Origin: Betaproteobacteria bacterium | Lineage (GTDB): Bacteria; Pseudomonadota; Gammaproteobacteria; Burkholderiales; Burkholderiaceae_E | Direction: 5' to 3' | Length of the DNA stretch: 64,000 nucleotides | Assembly: GCA_031421635.1 (NCBI GenBank) | Contig: JANOPA010000014.1 | Location: 15,424 to 79,423, forward strand | Shown here: one piece after another, positions 56,142 to 64,000 of the stretch | How the letters are laid out: the number at the start of each line of letters is the position of its first letter | How positions within the stretch are numbered: the first letter of the stretch is position 1 | Position numbers and translations under genes: made by a program | The notes under the pieces: generated by a model | What the model was told of the DNA's origin: nothing | Seen by the model: the letters and a program-made list of their open reading frames with translations, nothing else | Databases searched by the model: none

Positions 56142-59100
56142 ATGAACTTCGTGCATTTAAGAGTCCACAGCGAATACTCCGTCACTGATTCCATCGTCCG
56201 CTTGGATGGTTTGGTGGATGCCGCTCTAAAAGATGGTCAGCCAGCGGTAGCAGTTACTGACTTATGTAACACCTTTGGTTGGATCAAGTTTTACAAGACA
56301 GCGCGCGGCAAGGGCATCAAGCCCATTCTAGGCGTGGATATTCAGATCACCAATCTTAAAGAGCGGGATCGTCCGTTTAAGGCCTTACTCCTCGCAAGAA
56401 ATCGTACTGGATACTTGCGCCTTTGTGAGTTGCTGAGCCGGGCCTGGATCGAAAATGAGTATCGAGGTCGCGGTGAGTTCTTGATGGAATGGTTTGATCA
56501 AGGCGATGTTTCGGGCAACCTGGGCTTGATCGTGCTTTCGGGGGCCGCTGATGGTGATGTCGGTCAAAGCTTGAATTCAGGCCGTGAAGCGGCGGCTGAA
56601 GCCTTGGCGCAGGCTTGGTTGAAGCGTTTTCCTGGCGCCTACTTCCTTGAAGTTCAGCGCGCCGGTCGTGAGCAGGACGAACGACACGTGCGCCAGGCCA
56701 CAAAGCTTGCGGCCAAGTTGGGCATTGCCTTGGTGGCGACTCATCCGGTTCAGTTTCTTGCGCACGAAGAATTTCGCGCGCATGAAGCGCGTGTTTGTAT
56801 TGCGGAGGGCGAGATTCTCGCTAATCCCCGGCGCAATAAGCGCTTTAGTGATCAGCAGTATTTCAAGACTCAGGCGGAGATGATTCAGCTCTTCTCTGAT
56901 TTACCTCAGGCTATTGAAAACTCTGTGCGCATCGCTGAAATGTGCAGTGTGACGATGACCTTGGGTAAGGCCTTCTTGCCCGACTTTCCGACGCCCGAGG
57001 GGCAGCCCTTGGATGCCTATATGCGCACGCTTTCAGAGCAGGGATTGCAAGAGCGCATGCTTAAAATATTTCCTGACCCAACGGTGCGCGAGTCAAATCA
57101 GGCGTTTTATAAGGCACGGCTTTCTTTTGAGTGCGACACGATTGTCGAGATGGGTTTCTCGGGCTATTTTCTGATCGTGGCCGACTTTATCAATTGGGCT
57201 AAGAAAAACGAAGTTCCGGTGGGACCTGGGCGCGGCTCGGGGGCTGGATCTTTAGTGGCGTTTTCTTTGGGCATTACCGATCTAGACCCCATTCCCTACG
57301 CCTTACTCTTCGAGCGCTTTTTGAATCCTGAACGGGTTTCTATGCCCGACTTCGATATCGACTTCTGTCAGGACAATCGCTATAAAGTGATTGACTATGT
57401 ACGGCGGCGTTACGGCGCACAAGCCGTTTCGCAAATTGCCACCTTCGGTACGATGGCCTCCAAGGCGGTGATTCGAGATGCGGGTCGAGTGCTCGACATG
57501 GGCTATAACTTTTGTGATCAACTCTCCAAGCTCATTCCTGTTGTACAGAATAAACCTCTGTCCCTGGAGAAAGCACGTGAGCAAGAGCCCTTACTCAAAG
57601 AGCGCGAAGAAAATGAGGATGAAGTGCGTGAGCTTTTGGCCCTGGCCAGACCGCTCGAGGACTTAATTCGTAATGTGGGAATGCATGCCGGTGGTGTCTT
57701 GATTGCGCCGGGCAAGCTGACTGATTTTTGCCCCCTGTACAAGCAACCTGGCGCTGACTCGACGGTCGTAAGCCAGTACGACAAAGACGATGTCGAAGCC
57801 GTAGGCTTGGTGAAGTTCGACTTCTTGGGCTTGCGCAACTTAACAATTATCGATTTGGCAGTTCGCTATATCGCCAACCGCCACCCTGAGTTAGGCCTGG
57901 ATCTACAAACGCTTAAGTTTGACGATCCGGCCGCCTATCAAGTGCTGCGCGATGCCAATACCAATGCCATTTTCCAGGTGGAAAGTGACGGGATGAAGAA
58001 GCTCTTGAAAAAGCTTCAACCAGACCGCTTTGAGGACATCATCGCCGTCCTCGCTTTGTACCGACCCGGGCCGCTAGGCTCAGGCATGGTTGACGACTTT
58101 ATTCTGCGAAAAAAGGGTCAGCAAAAGATTGATTATTTCCATCCTGATCTTCAGAAAACACTTGAGCCGACTTACGGCGTGATTGTGTATCAGGAGCAGG
58201 TGATGCAGATTGCTCAAACCATCGGTGGTTATACCCTGGGTGGTGCCGATTTACTGCGCCGTGCCATGGGTAAGAAAAATGCCGCTGAGATGGCCCAGCA
58301 CCGAAGTATTTTTGTCGAGGGCGCCAAGAAAAAGGAATATAGCGAAGCACTCGCTAATCAGCTCTTTGACCTGATGGCGATGTTCGCCGAGTATGGCTTT
58401 AACAAGTCGCATACCGCAGCTTACGCGGTGGTCACCTATCACACGGCTTGGTTGAAGGCTCACTACCCCGCCGAATTCATGGCAGCGACCTTATCGGCCG
58501 ATATGGACGATACCGACAAAGTGCAACTCTTTGTCGCGGACTCCAAGACGAACGGGGTGCGTGTGTTGGGTCCAGATGTGAACCATTCTCAATACTTTTT
58601 CGAGCCAGTGGACGTGCCTGGAGTGAAGGCCTCATTTCGCTATGGCCTGGGGGCCGTCAAGGGCTGCGGCCAAAATGCGGTGCTCAATATTATCCAAGCC
58701 CGTGAGCAGGCACCCTTTAAAGACTTGTTCGATTTCTGTGCTCGGGTTGACCGTAAACAGGTCAATCGTCGTGCCATTGAAGCACTGGTACGGTCCGGTG
58801 CATTTGATAGCATTAATGCGGACCGTGGCAAACTCCTGGCCAATGTGGGGCGTGCCATGGACTCGGCCGATGCACAATTGGCTTCGATCAATCAGGTCAG
58901 TTTGTTTGGTGAGGACGATCCTTCTTCCGGTTCGGCCCCGCAATGGATCGAAGCCGCCGCTTGGATTGAGCGACAACGCTTGCAAGAGGAAAAGCAGGCA
59001 CTCGGCTTTTACCTGAGTGGGCATCTCTTTACGGAGCACGAAAGAGAAGTGCGCCGCTTTGCGCGAACAAAACTCAAAGATATCGCTCCCGGCCAGCAAC

Positions 59101-59594
59101 TCGTGTGGATCGCTGGTATCGTGGCCTCGCTACGTACACAGATGACACGACGCGGGAAGATGCTGGTGGTGATGTTGGACGATGCCAGTGGGTCTATGGA
59201 AATACCTTTGTACAACGAGCTTTATGAAAAACATAGAAGCATTGTTCGTGAAGACGAGCTGTTGGTGATTCAAGCCAAGATCAGCAAGGACGAGTATTCG
59301 GGTGGTTTTCGTATCAATGTGGATCGGGTGCTCGATCTTGGGCAGGCGCGTCAAGAATTTGGCAAAGCTCTGCGTATTCGCATGAGCGAGGCCCATAACG
59401 GCGTGGATGGCCTCAGCTTGAAAAATGTTTTGAGCCCCTTTTTGGGGGCCTTGCCGGTGATTCTTGATATTCAGGACGCTTGTGGCACCTGTAGTTTGCA
59501 GCTCGGCGACGCCTGGCGAGTTCGAGCAGATCCGGCCCTCGTGAACGAGCTCGCCCAGCGACTCAAGCCTTGCTCCGTGGAAGTGGAGTATTGA
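56142..59594 (+). CDS. dnaE: DNA polymerase III subunit alpha
   Basis: PHP domain 'FVHLRVHSEYS', palm and fingers ('GPGRGSGAGSLVAFSLGITDLDP', 'MPDFDIDF', 'KFDFLGLRNLT') and an OB fold near the C-terminus. ~1150 aa. Confidence 0.95.
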   Translation: MNFVHLRVHSEYSVTDSIVRLDGLVDAALKDGQPAVAVTDLCNTFGWIKFYKTARGKGIKPILGVDIQITNLKERDRPFKALLLARNRTGYLRLCELLSRAWIENEYRGRGEFLMEWFDQGDVSGNLGLIVLSGAADGDVGQSLNSGREAAAEALAQAWLKRFPGAYFLEVQRAGREQDERHVRQATKLAAKLGIALVATHPVQFLAHEEFRAHEARVCIAEGEILANPRRNKRFSDQQYFKTQAEMIQLFSDLPQAIENSVRIAEMCSVTMTLGKAFLPDFPTPEGQPLDAYMRTLSEQGLQERMLKIFPDPTVRESNQAFYKARLSFECDTIVEMGFSGYFLIVADFINWAKKNEVPVGPGRGSGAGSLVAFSLGITDLDPIPYALLFERFLNPERVSMPDFDIDFCQDNRYKVIDYVRRRYGAQAVSQIATFGTMASKAVIRDAGRVLDMGYNFCDQLSKLIPVVQNKPLSLEKAREQEPLLKEREENEDEVRELLALARPLEDLIRNVGMHAGGVLIAPGKLTDFCPLYKQPGADSTVVSQYDKDDVEAVGLVKFDFLGLRNLTIIDLAVRYIANRHPELGLDLQTLKFDDPAAYQVLRDANTNAIFQVESDGMKKLLKKLQPDRFEDIIAVLALYRPGPLGSGMVDDFILRKKGQQKIDYFHPDLQKTLEPTYGVIVYQEQVMQIAQTIGGYTLGGADLLRRAMGKKNAAEMAQHRSIFVEGAKKKEYSEALANQLFDLMAMFAEYGFNKSHTAAYAVVTYHTAWLKAHYPAEFMAATLSADMDDTDKVQLFVADSKTNGVRVLGPDVNHSQYFFEPVDVPGVKASFRYGLGAVKGCGQNAVLNIIQAREQAPFKDLFDFCARVDRKQVNRRAIEALVRSGAFDSINADRGKLLANVGRAMDSADAQLASINQVSLFGEDDPSSGSAPQWIEAAAWIERQRLQEEKQALGFYLSGHLFTEHEREVRRFARTKLKDIAPGQQLVWIAGIVASLRTQMTRRGKMLVVMLDDASGSMEIPLYNELYEKHRSIVREDELLVIQAKISKDEYSGGFRINVDRVLDLGQARQEFGKALRIRMSEAHNGVDGLSLKNVLSPFLGALPVILDIQDACGTCSLQLGDAWRVRADPALVNELAQRLKPCSVEVEY

Positions 59595-59661
59595 ACTTCG
59601 AGATTGAAAAAGTTTCGCCCACCTATCACCAAAATTGCATGCATTTCGCTGAACTTAAACA

Positions 59662-60351
59662 ATGACCCAAAATCAAAAATCTGATCACCCTGTTGATGAT
59701 GCGCGAGCAGTGAATTGTCAAAGTGTTGCTGCCTTTCATGATGCACGACTAGCTGAGACCTCCTGGCCTCCCAAGGAAGAGCTCGATGAATTTAAGGCAC
59801 GCCAAGACGTTTGGCGTTGGATTGCTGAAAATCATCGCAACAATTGCCTGCTGTGGGACGAAGAAGACCTGGCTCGGCGAACCCAAGTCAGTGCGACGGA
59901 GATTGCGCTCAACAAGCGTCATATTGATGGCTTTAATCAGGCTCGAAATGATGCGACTGAGCGTGTTGACGAGTTTTTATTGATTGCCTTGGGTTTGGTC
60001 GCTGCAGAATCGGCAGGCACTAGCTCCCCCGTCAGTCTGGCAAAGCCCGGAGCCAGACTTAATAGCGAAACTGCCGGAAGCATGATTGACCGAATGTCGA
60101 TTATGGCCTTGAAGATTAAAGCGATGAGCTGGCAACTGCGACGCAAAGACGTGGACGCAAAGTTTTTGGAGAATACCGGTGTTAAGTTGGCCAGGCTACT
60201 CGAACAAAGACAAGATCTCGGAACTTGCCTGGACCAACTGCTGGCAGACACTCAAGCCGGTCACGCCTACTTCAAAGTCTATCGTCAGTTCAAAATGTAT
60301 AACGATGCCAGCATGAATCCTGCGCTGCTTGCCGAACGCAAAGCCGGATAG
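59662..60351 (+). CDS. DUF4254 domain protein
   Basis: 'HRNNCLLWDEEDLARR' and the helical remainder match the DUF4254 pattern that is often found next to heptosyltransferase genes. Confidence 0.7.
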   Translation: MTQNQKSDHPVDDARAVNCQSVAAFHDARLAETSWPPKEELDEFKARQDVWRWIAENHRNNCLLWDEEDLARRTQVSATEIALNKRHIDGFNQARNDATERVDEFLLIALGLVAAESAGTSSPVSLAKPGARLNSETAGSMIDRMSIMALKIKAMSWQLRRKDVDAKFLENTGVKLARLLEQRQDLGTCLDQLLADTQAGHAYFKVYRQFKMYNDASMNPALLAERKAG

Positions 60352-60362
60352 AAGATCTCGGT

Positions 60363-61349
60363 ATGCGAGTGCTTGTGGTTCGGGTGACCTCGATGGGGGA
60401 CGTGGTGTTGACCTTGCCCGCGATCAGCGATATGGTCGATCAGGTCCCTGGCATTGAAATTGATTGGCTGGTCGAAAAACCTTTTGCCTCGATTGCCCTT
60501 ATGCATTCCGGCGTCCGCAAGGTGTTCCCTGCGACGTGGCGAAAGTGGCGAAAAACACTTTGGAAAGGTGAAACACGGCGTGCGCTTTCCGAGTTTCGTG
60601 AAGGCCTACGTGCGACACAATATGACCTTGTATTAGATTTTCAGGGCCAGATTGCCAAAAGTGTGATTCTTGGTGCAATGGCCAACGGACCATTGTGCGG
60701 CTTCGCTTGGCAAGGCCTGAGAGAGCCTTTGTCGTCATTGTTTTACAGTCGAAAGGCGCAGGTGAGTAAGTCGCTACATTTGGTGCCAAGATCGCGCGCG
60801 ATGGCCGCCGCCCTCCTCGGGTACGATCTTCCCACTAGCAGGCCCGACTATCGCCTTCAAGTCGCACCGAGCACCTGGCGACCCGAACGTCTTTCCGGTC
60901 TTGAGAGCTTTGCTCTTTTGATTCCGCATGCCAGTCGCCCAGAAAAACATTGGCCAGAGGAGCGTTGGATCGCGATTGGGCAACGTCTACGAGCACTGGG
61001 CCATCAGGTCGTTGTTTTTTGGGGAAGCACCAAAGAAGAAGTGATGGCGAAGCACCTCGCGTCACAATTCGATGGGCAGGTGCCGCCCTTTCTGACGGTT
61101 GCTGAGGCGGCCAGTGTCTTGTCTGAAGCTCACGTGGTGGTGGGACTGGACACAGGCTTTACACATTTAGCGGCAGGGCTGGAACGTCCTACGGTCGGAA
61201 TCTATTGTGACTTTGATCCATTACTTGCAGGCGTGACTGGGCGCGGCTTCACAGAGAGTCTTGGCGGTGTAGGACAGTACCCGGCACTAGCCGATGTAAA
61301 CGCTGCATTGGAGCGCGCATTACAGGCCTCGTGCCCGGGTTCGTTGTAG
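60363..61349 (+). CDS. waaC: Lipopolysaccharide heptosyltransferase I (GT9)
   Basis: 'MRVLVVRVTSMGDVVLTLPAISD', 'RPEKHWPEERW' and 'VVVGLDTGFTHLAAGLERPTVGIY' are typical of GT9 heptosyltransferase I. Confidence 0.8.
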   Translation: MRVLVVRVTSMGDVVLTLPAISDMVDQVPGIEIDWLVEKPFASIALMHSGVRKVFPATWRKWRKTLWKGETRRALSEFREGLRATQYDLVLDFQGQIAKSVILGAMANGPLCGFAWQGLREPLSSLFYSRKAQVSKSLHLVPRSRAMAAALLGYDLPTSRPDYRLQVAPSTWRPERLSGLESFALLIPHASRPEKHWPEERWIAIGQRLRALGHQVVVFWGSTKEEVMAKHLASQFDGQVPPFLTVAEAASVLSEAHVVVGLDTGFTHLAAGLERPTVGIYCDFDPLLAGVTGRGFTESLGGVGQYPALADVNAALERALQASCPGSL

Positions 61350-61384
61350 CCGTTGCTGATCTTCGGCCTATCCCTGGCCTAACG

Positions 61385-62017
61385 TCAGCCTAAGCCCCGC
61401 TTTATGGACTTTAGCTTCGCCGAAAGCTTATGACGCAATTCGTCCTTCTTCACCACCCAGTCCGAAGTGACCCAGTTGAGTTGAATGGCGCGCCGTTCAC
61501 CTTCGAAAGGAGGATGCCCATGCCAGCTTTTGTCACTCCTTTTAAAGGCTAGCAGCATGCCGCCGCTGGGAGGTACCTCCTCGGTGTAGTCGCTTAAATC
61601 TGTACCGCTGCGCAGGATTCTTAGCCGACCAGTTTCTTGGGGCCAAGGGTTCGCGTTAAAGTAAACCAGCACCGTGACGACTTTTGTAGTGCTGTCCGTA
61701 TGAATGTTGCCATCCTTGGCTCGGGTATGGCCGCGAACCGTATAGACCTTAGGGTATTTTGAAAGGTCGAGACTGAAGGCCTTGGACATCGATCGCTCAA
61801 ACTCCTCGCCCATCAGCTCATTCATGGCGAGCGCGAAATGACCGGATATTTTCAACTCGTCCGGCGTATAGAGCCCTGCATCGGCAATCGCCGGAAAATC
61901 TGCCAAGACCTGCGCTTGGTGCTCCAGCTTGATAAAGTTGGGCATGACCACGTGCTCGTAGGGCGTGGTGCGAGAGGGAAGCCGCGAGAGGCCATCAAGA
62001 TCGAGAATCATTGACAT
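61385..62017 (-). CDS. 2OG-Fe(II) oxygenase superfamily protein
   Basis: Candidate H-x-D...H facial triad ('NIHTDS' ... 'WHGH') in a ~210-aa protein with a double-stranded beta-helix-like pattern. The subfamily is unknown. Confidence 0.6.
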   Translation of the reverse strand: MSMILDLDGLSRLPSRTTPYEHVVMPNFIKLEHQAQVLADFPAIADAGLYTPDELKISGHFALAMNELMGEEFERSMSKAFSLDLSKYPKVYTVRGHTRAKDGNIHTDSTTKVVTVLVYFNANPWPQETGRLRILRSGTDLSDYTEEVPPSGGMLLAFKRSDKSWHGHPPFEGERRAIQLNWVTSDWVVKKDELRHKLSAKLKSIKRGLG

Positions 62018-62124
62018 ATTTTAGCGACTTTTTCCAAGAGGTCGTGCGGCGCTCCTTAAAGCTCTTCGAGAAGCGTCGATTAACTCTCGGTTAAACTCGC
62101 AGGTTCATCTTTTCCTGAAAACCT

Positions 62125-63885
62125 GTGACTTCAAGCTTCGCTGTTTATAAGCGCCTTTTGAGCTACACCAAGCCTTATCGGATCGCCTTCGTGGTGGCTC
62201 TGCTGAGTATGGTGATTGCGGCGTTGACTGAGCCACTGTTTCCTGCGCTACTCAAGCCGCTTCTCGATAATGGTTTCGTCAACAAAACCGGCTTCCCGCT
62301 TTGGTATGTCCCTGCGGCGTTAGTCGGGATGTTTCTGGTGCGCGGCATCGCTAGCTTTTTGAGCAACTATGCGATGAATTGGTTAGCCAACAAGATGCTG
62401 ATCGACCTGCGCAGCGAGATGTTCTCAAAGATGATGCGCTTGCCCGCCGAGAATTTCCAGCGTGACGCTTCCGGCTTGCTGATTTCAAAAATTGTTTTTG
62501 AAGTGGGCAACGTGACGATGGCGGCGACCAAGGTGGTGACCGTGGCGATCAAGGACAGTCTCATTGTTCTCAGTTTGATTGCTTGGCTGCTGTACTTGAA
62601 TTGGAAGCTCACTTTGATCGTCTTGGTGCTTGTACCGATCATGGCCTTGATTGTGAGGGTTTATAGTCGACGCATGCATGAGCTGAATCGCTCAAGCTTG
62701 GAGTACACGGGCGAGTTGACACGTGTAGTGAACGAAGCGGTCGCCGGATACAAAGAAATCAAAGTGTTTGGAGCGTACGATCAGGTCGAAGCGGGCTTTC
62801 GCAAGACCATCGATAAACTGCGTAGCTTCGCCATGCGAATCACGATTGCCAGTGGCGCGACCGCACCCATCACTCAGCTCTTGGCGTCGATTGCGGTTGC
62901 CTCAGTGGTCACGATTGCACTTTTGCAAACCCAACGCAATGAAACCACGGTGGGTGGCTTTGTGTCCTTTATTACGGCCATGTTGATGCTGCTGGCTCCC
63001 CTCAAGCACTTAGCGGATATTAACGAGCAATTGCAGCGCGGTATCGCCGCCGCTGAAGGGGTATTCGAGCTGATTGATCGTCAGCCCGAGATTGAGCCGG
63101 GCGGACTGGAATTGCAAAACGTCCAAGGAGCCATCGAGTTTCGCGGGGTGAGTTTTCGATATGAGGCGGCCGAGCAAGATTCACTTGTCAATCTCGACCT
63201 GTTGATTCAACCGAACGAAGTGCTGGCCTTGGTCGGAGAGTCGGGTGGGGGAAAAACGACCCTCATTAATCTCATCCCGAGGCTGCTCCAGCCGACGCAC
63301 GGCAAAATCTTCATTGACGGTGTCGATTGTTCGCAGGTTTCGTTACTCAGTTTGCGCCAGCACATGGCCTTGGTGAGTCAAGACACGATGCTTTTCAATG
63401 AATCTGTGAGACATAATCTTTGCCTCGGCATGAGCTCTCAAGTGAGCGATGATCGGCTTTGGCAAGTACTCGAAGAGGTCGAGCTCAAAGAGGCGATTGC
63501 ACAACTTCCGGGCCAACTGGAGGGCAGTGTTGGTGAGCGTGGCGCGCGCTTTTCGGGCGGCCAAAAGCAAAGACTTGCTTTGGCTCGGGCCTTGCTCCGA
63601 AACGCCCCTATCTTGATTTTGGATGAGGCCACCTCGGCCTTGGATAATCTGACTGAGCAGGCTGTGCAAAGAGCCATTGAAAAAGCGATGAAGGGTCGCA
63701 CTACCATCGTCGTGGCCCATCGCCTGTCTACTATTGAACACGCGGACCGAATCTTGGTTCTTGAGCAAGGCCGAATTGCCGAGCAAGGTAAGCACGCCGA
63801 ACTCTTAGCCAAAGGTGGGATCTATGCCCGTCTTTATGGCCGAGCCGCCGTTCCCGAGAGTGCCGGGATCGCTGACATCACCTGA
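62125..63885 (+). CDS. msbA: Lipid A export ABC transporter (permease/ATPase)
   Basis: Six-TM N-terminal domain, Walker A 'GESGGGKTT', signature 'FSGGQKQRLALARAL' and Walker B 'ILILDEATSALD'. The location next to waaC supports the call. GTG start. Confidence 0.9.
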   Translation: MTSSFAVYKRLLSYTKPYRIAFVVALLSMVIAALTEPLFPALLKPLLDNGFVNKTGFPLWYVPAALVGMFLVRGIASFLSNYAMNWLANKMLIDLRSEMFSKMMRLPAENFQRDASGLLISKIVFEVGNVTMAATKVVTVAIKDSLIVLSLIAWLLYLNWKLTLIVLVLVPIMALIVRVYSRRMHELNRSSLEYTGELTRVVNEAVAGYKEIKVFGAYDQVEAGFRKTIDKLRSFAMRITIASGATAPITQLLASIAVASVVTIALLQTQRNETTVGGFVSFITAMLMLLAPLKHLADINEQLQRGIAAAEGVFELIDRQPEIEPGGLELQNVQGAIEFRGVSFRYEAAEQDSLVNLDLLIQPNEVLALVGESGGGKTTLINLIPRLLQPTHGKIFIDGVDCSQVSLLSLRQHMALVSQDTMLFNESVRHNLCLGMSSQVSDDRLWQVLEEVELKEAIAQLPGQLEGSVGERGARFSGGQKQRLALARALLRNAPILILDEATSALDNLTEQAVQRAIEKAMKGRTTIVVAHRLSTIEHADRILVLEQGRIAEQGKHAELLAKGGIYARLYGRAAVPESAGIADIT

Positions 63886-64000
63886 TCAACGCTTGACCAG
63901 ACTCCCTTGCCGCCTAGAACCGTTGCAGACTGGCTCCATGGACCGGTTTCAGCAGGGTCGCCAGGACCAAAAATCGTGATCTGGTGCTTTGCAACGAGTG

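Noticed and set aside
1-64000. Search for tRNA, rRNA, CRISPR arrays, IS elements, integrases, phage genes and defence-island genes.
   Set aside because: I saw no T-loop/acceptor-like sequence in the intergenic regions. I found no regularly spaced repeats and no transposase, integrase or recombinase-like translation in any listed ORF. The deletion junctions are not flanked by recognisable inverted repeats. This is a visual inspection only; tRNAscan, ISfinder and defence-system HMMs were not run.
63886-64000. Open minus-strand frame at the right edge ('LVAKHQITIFGPGDPAETGPW...'), which faintly resembles a glycosyltransferase-9 segment.
   Set aside because: Only ~38 codons are visible and the frame runs into msbA. 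The similarity is too weak and the gene would be mostly outside the window.

Overview
This is a 64-kb chromosomal window of moderate GC (about 50-55% by eye). Its gene content looks betaproteobacterial (Burkholderiales-like). That placement, like every family assignment below, rests on motifs read from the translations; no database search was run. I found no rRNA, tRNA, CRISPR array, transposase or integrase.

Layout, left to right:
1. 1-7740: a translationally coupled operon of transglutaminase-like/DUF2126, circularly permuted ATP-grasp fused to alpha-E, a second transglutaminase, and a secreted serine hydrolase.
2. 7840-11452: gene wreckage, namely remnants of kup, mdtB, mdtC (internally deleted) and a NodT-type outer membrane factor.
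3. 11423-20718, minus strand: an intact czcCBA-type heavy-metal RND operon, then an OmpR-type regulator, a 2CSK_N-type kinase, an unclassified outer-membrane barrel and a hypothetical gene.
4. 20817-28281: remnants of a patatin, a 2Fe-2S ferredoxin domain and an AlkB-like hydroxylase, then a decayed kdp locus. kdpD is frameshifted and has lost its kinase core, kdpB has a frameshift plus a deletion, and kdpA has an in-frame TAA. kdpC and kdpF still look intact, and a KdpE-box-like repeat survives upstream.
5. 28755-40045, minus strand: an intact, tightly coupled chemosensory operon. Order: small STAS-like ORF, membrane coiled-coil protein with a CheZ-like D-x3-Q motif, two CheY, CheA, CheW, CheR, CheD, CheB, two MCPs, and a SnoaL-like gene.
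6. 40329-44502: TRAP transporter dctQMP with aroQ and a shikimate/quinate dehydrogenase.
7. 45045-63885: a housekeeping block of nudC, DUF1223, DEDD-exonuclease/GIY-YIG, rhlE, gluQ, a LysR regulator, pirin, a flavodoxin-like protein, a PEP-CTERM protein, a HAD hydrolase, trhO, dnaE, DUF4254, waaC, a 2OG-oxygenase and msbA.

Most interesting candidates:
- The chemosensory system. Both of its receptors lack a periplasmic domain and instead carry a Cache-like sensor after the signalling domain. It also encodes a membrane-anchored CheZ-like candidate.
- The experimentally uncharacterised ATP-grasp/alpha-E/transglutaminase module.
- The very high density of deletion-type pseudogenes with no mobile elements nearby. 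Both K+ uptake systems visible in this window (kdp and kup) are dead, which suggests ongoing reductive genome evolution.
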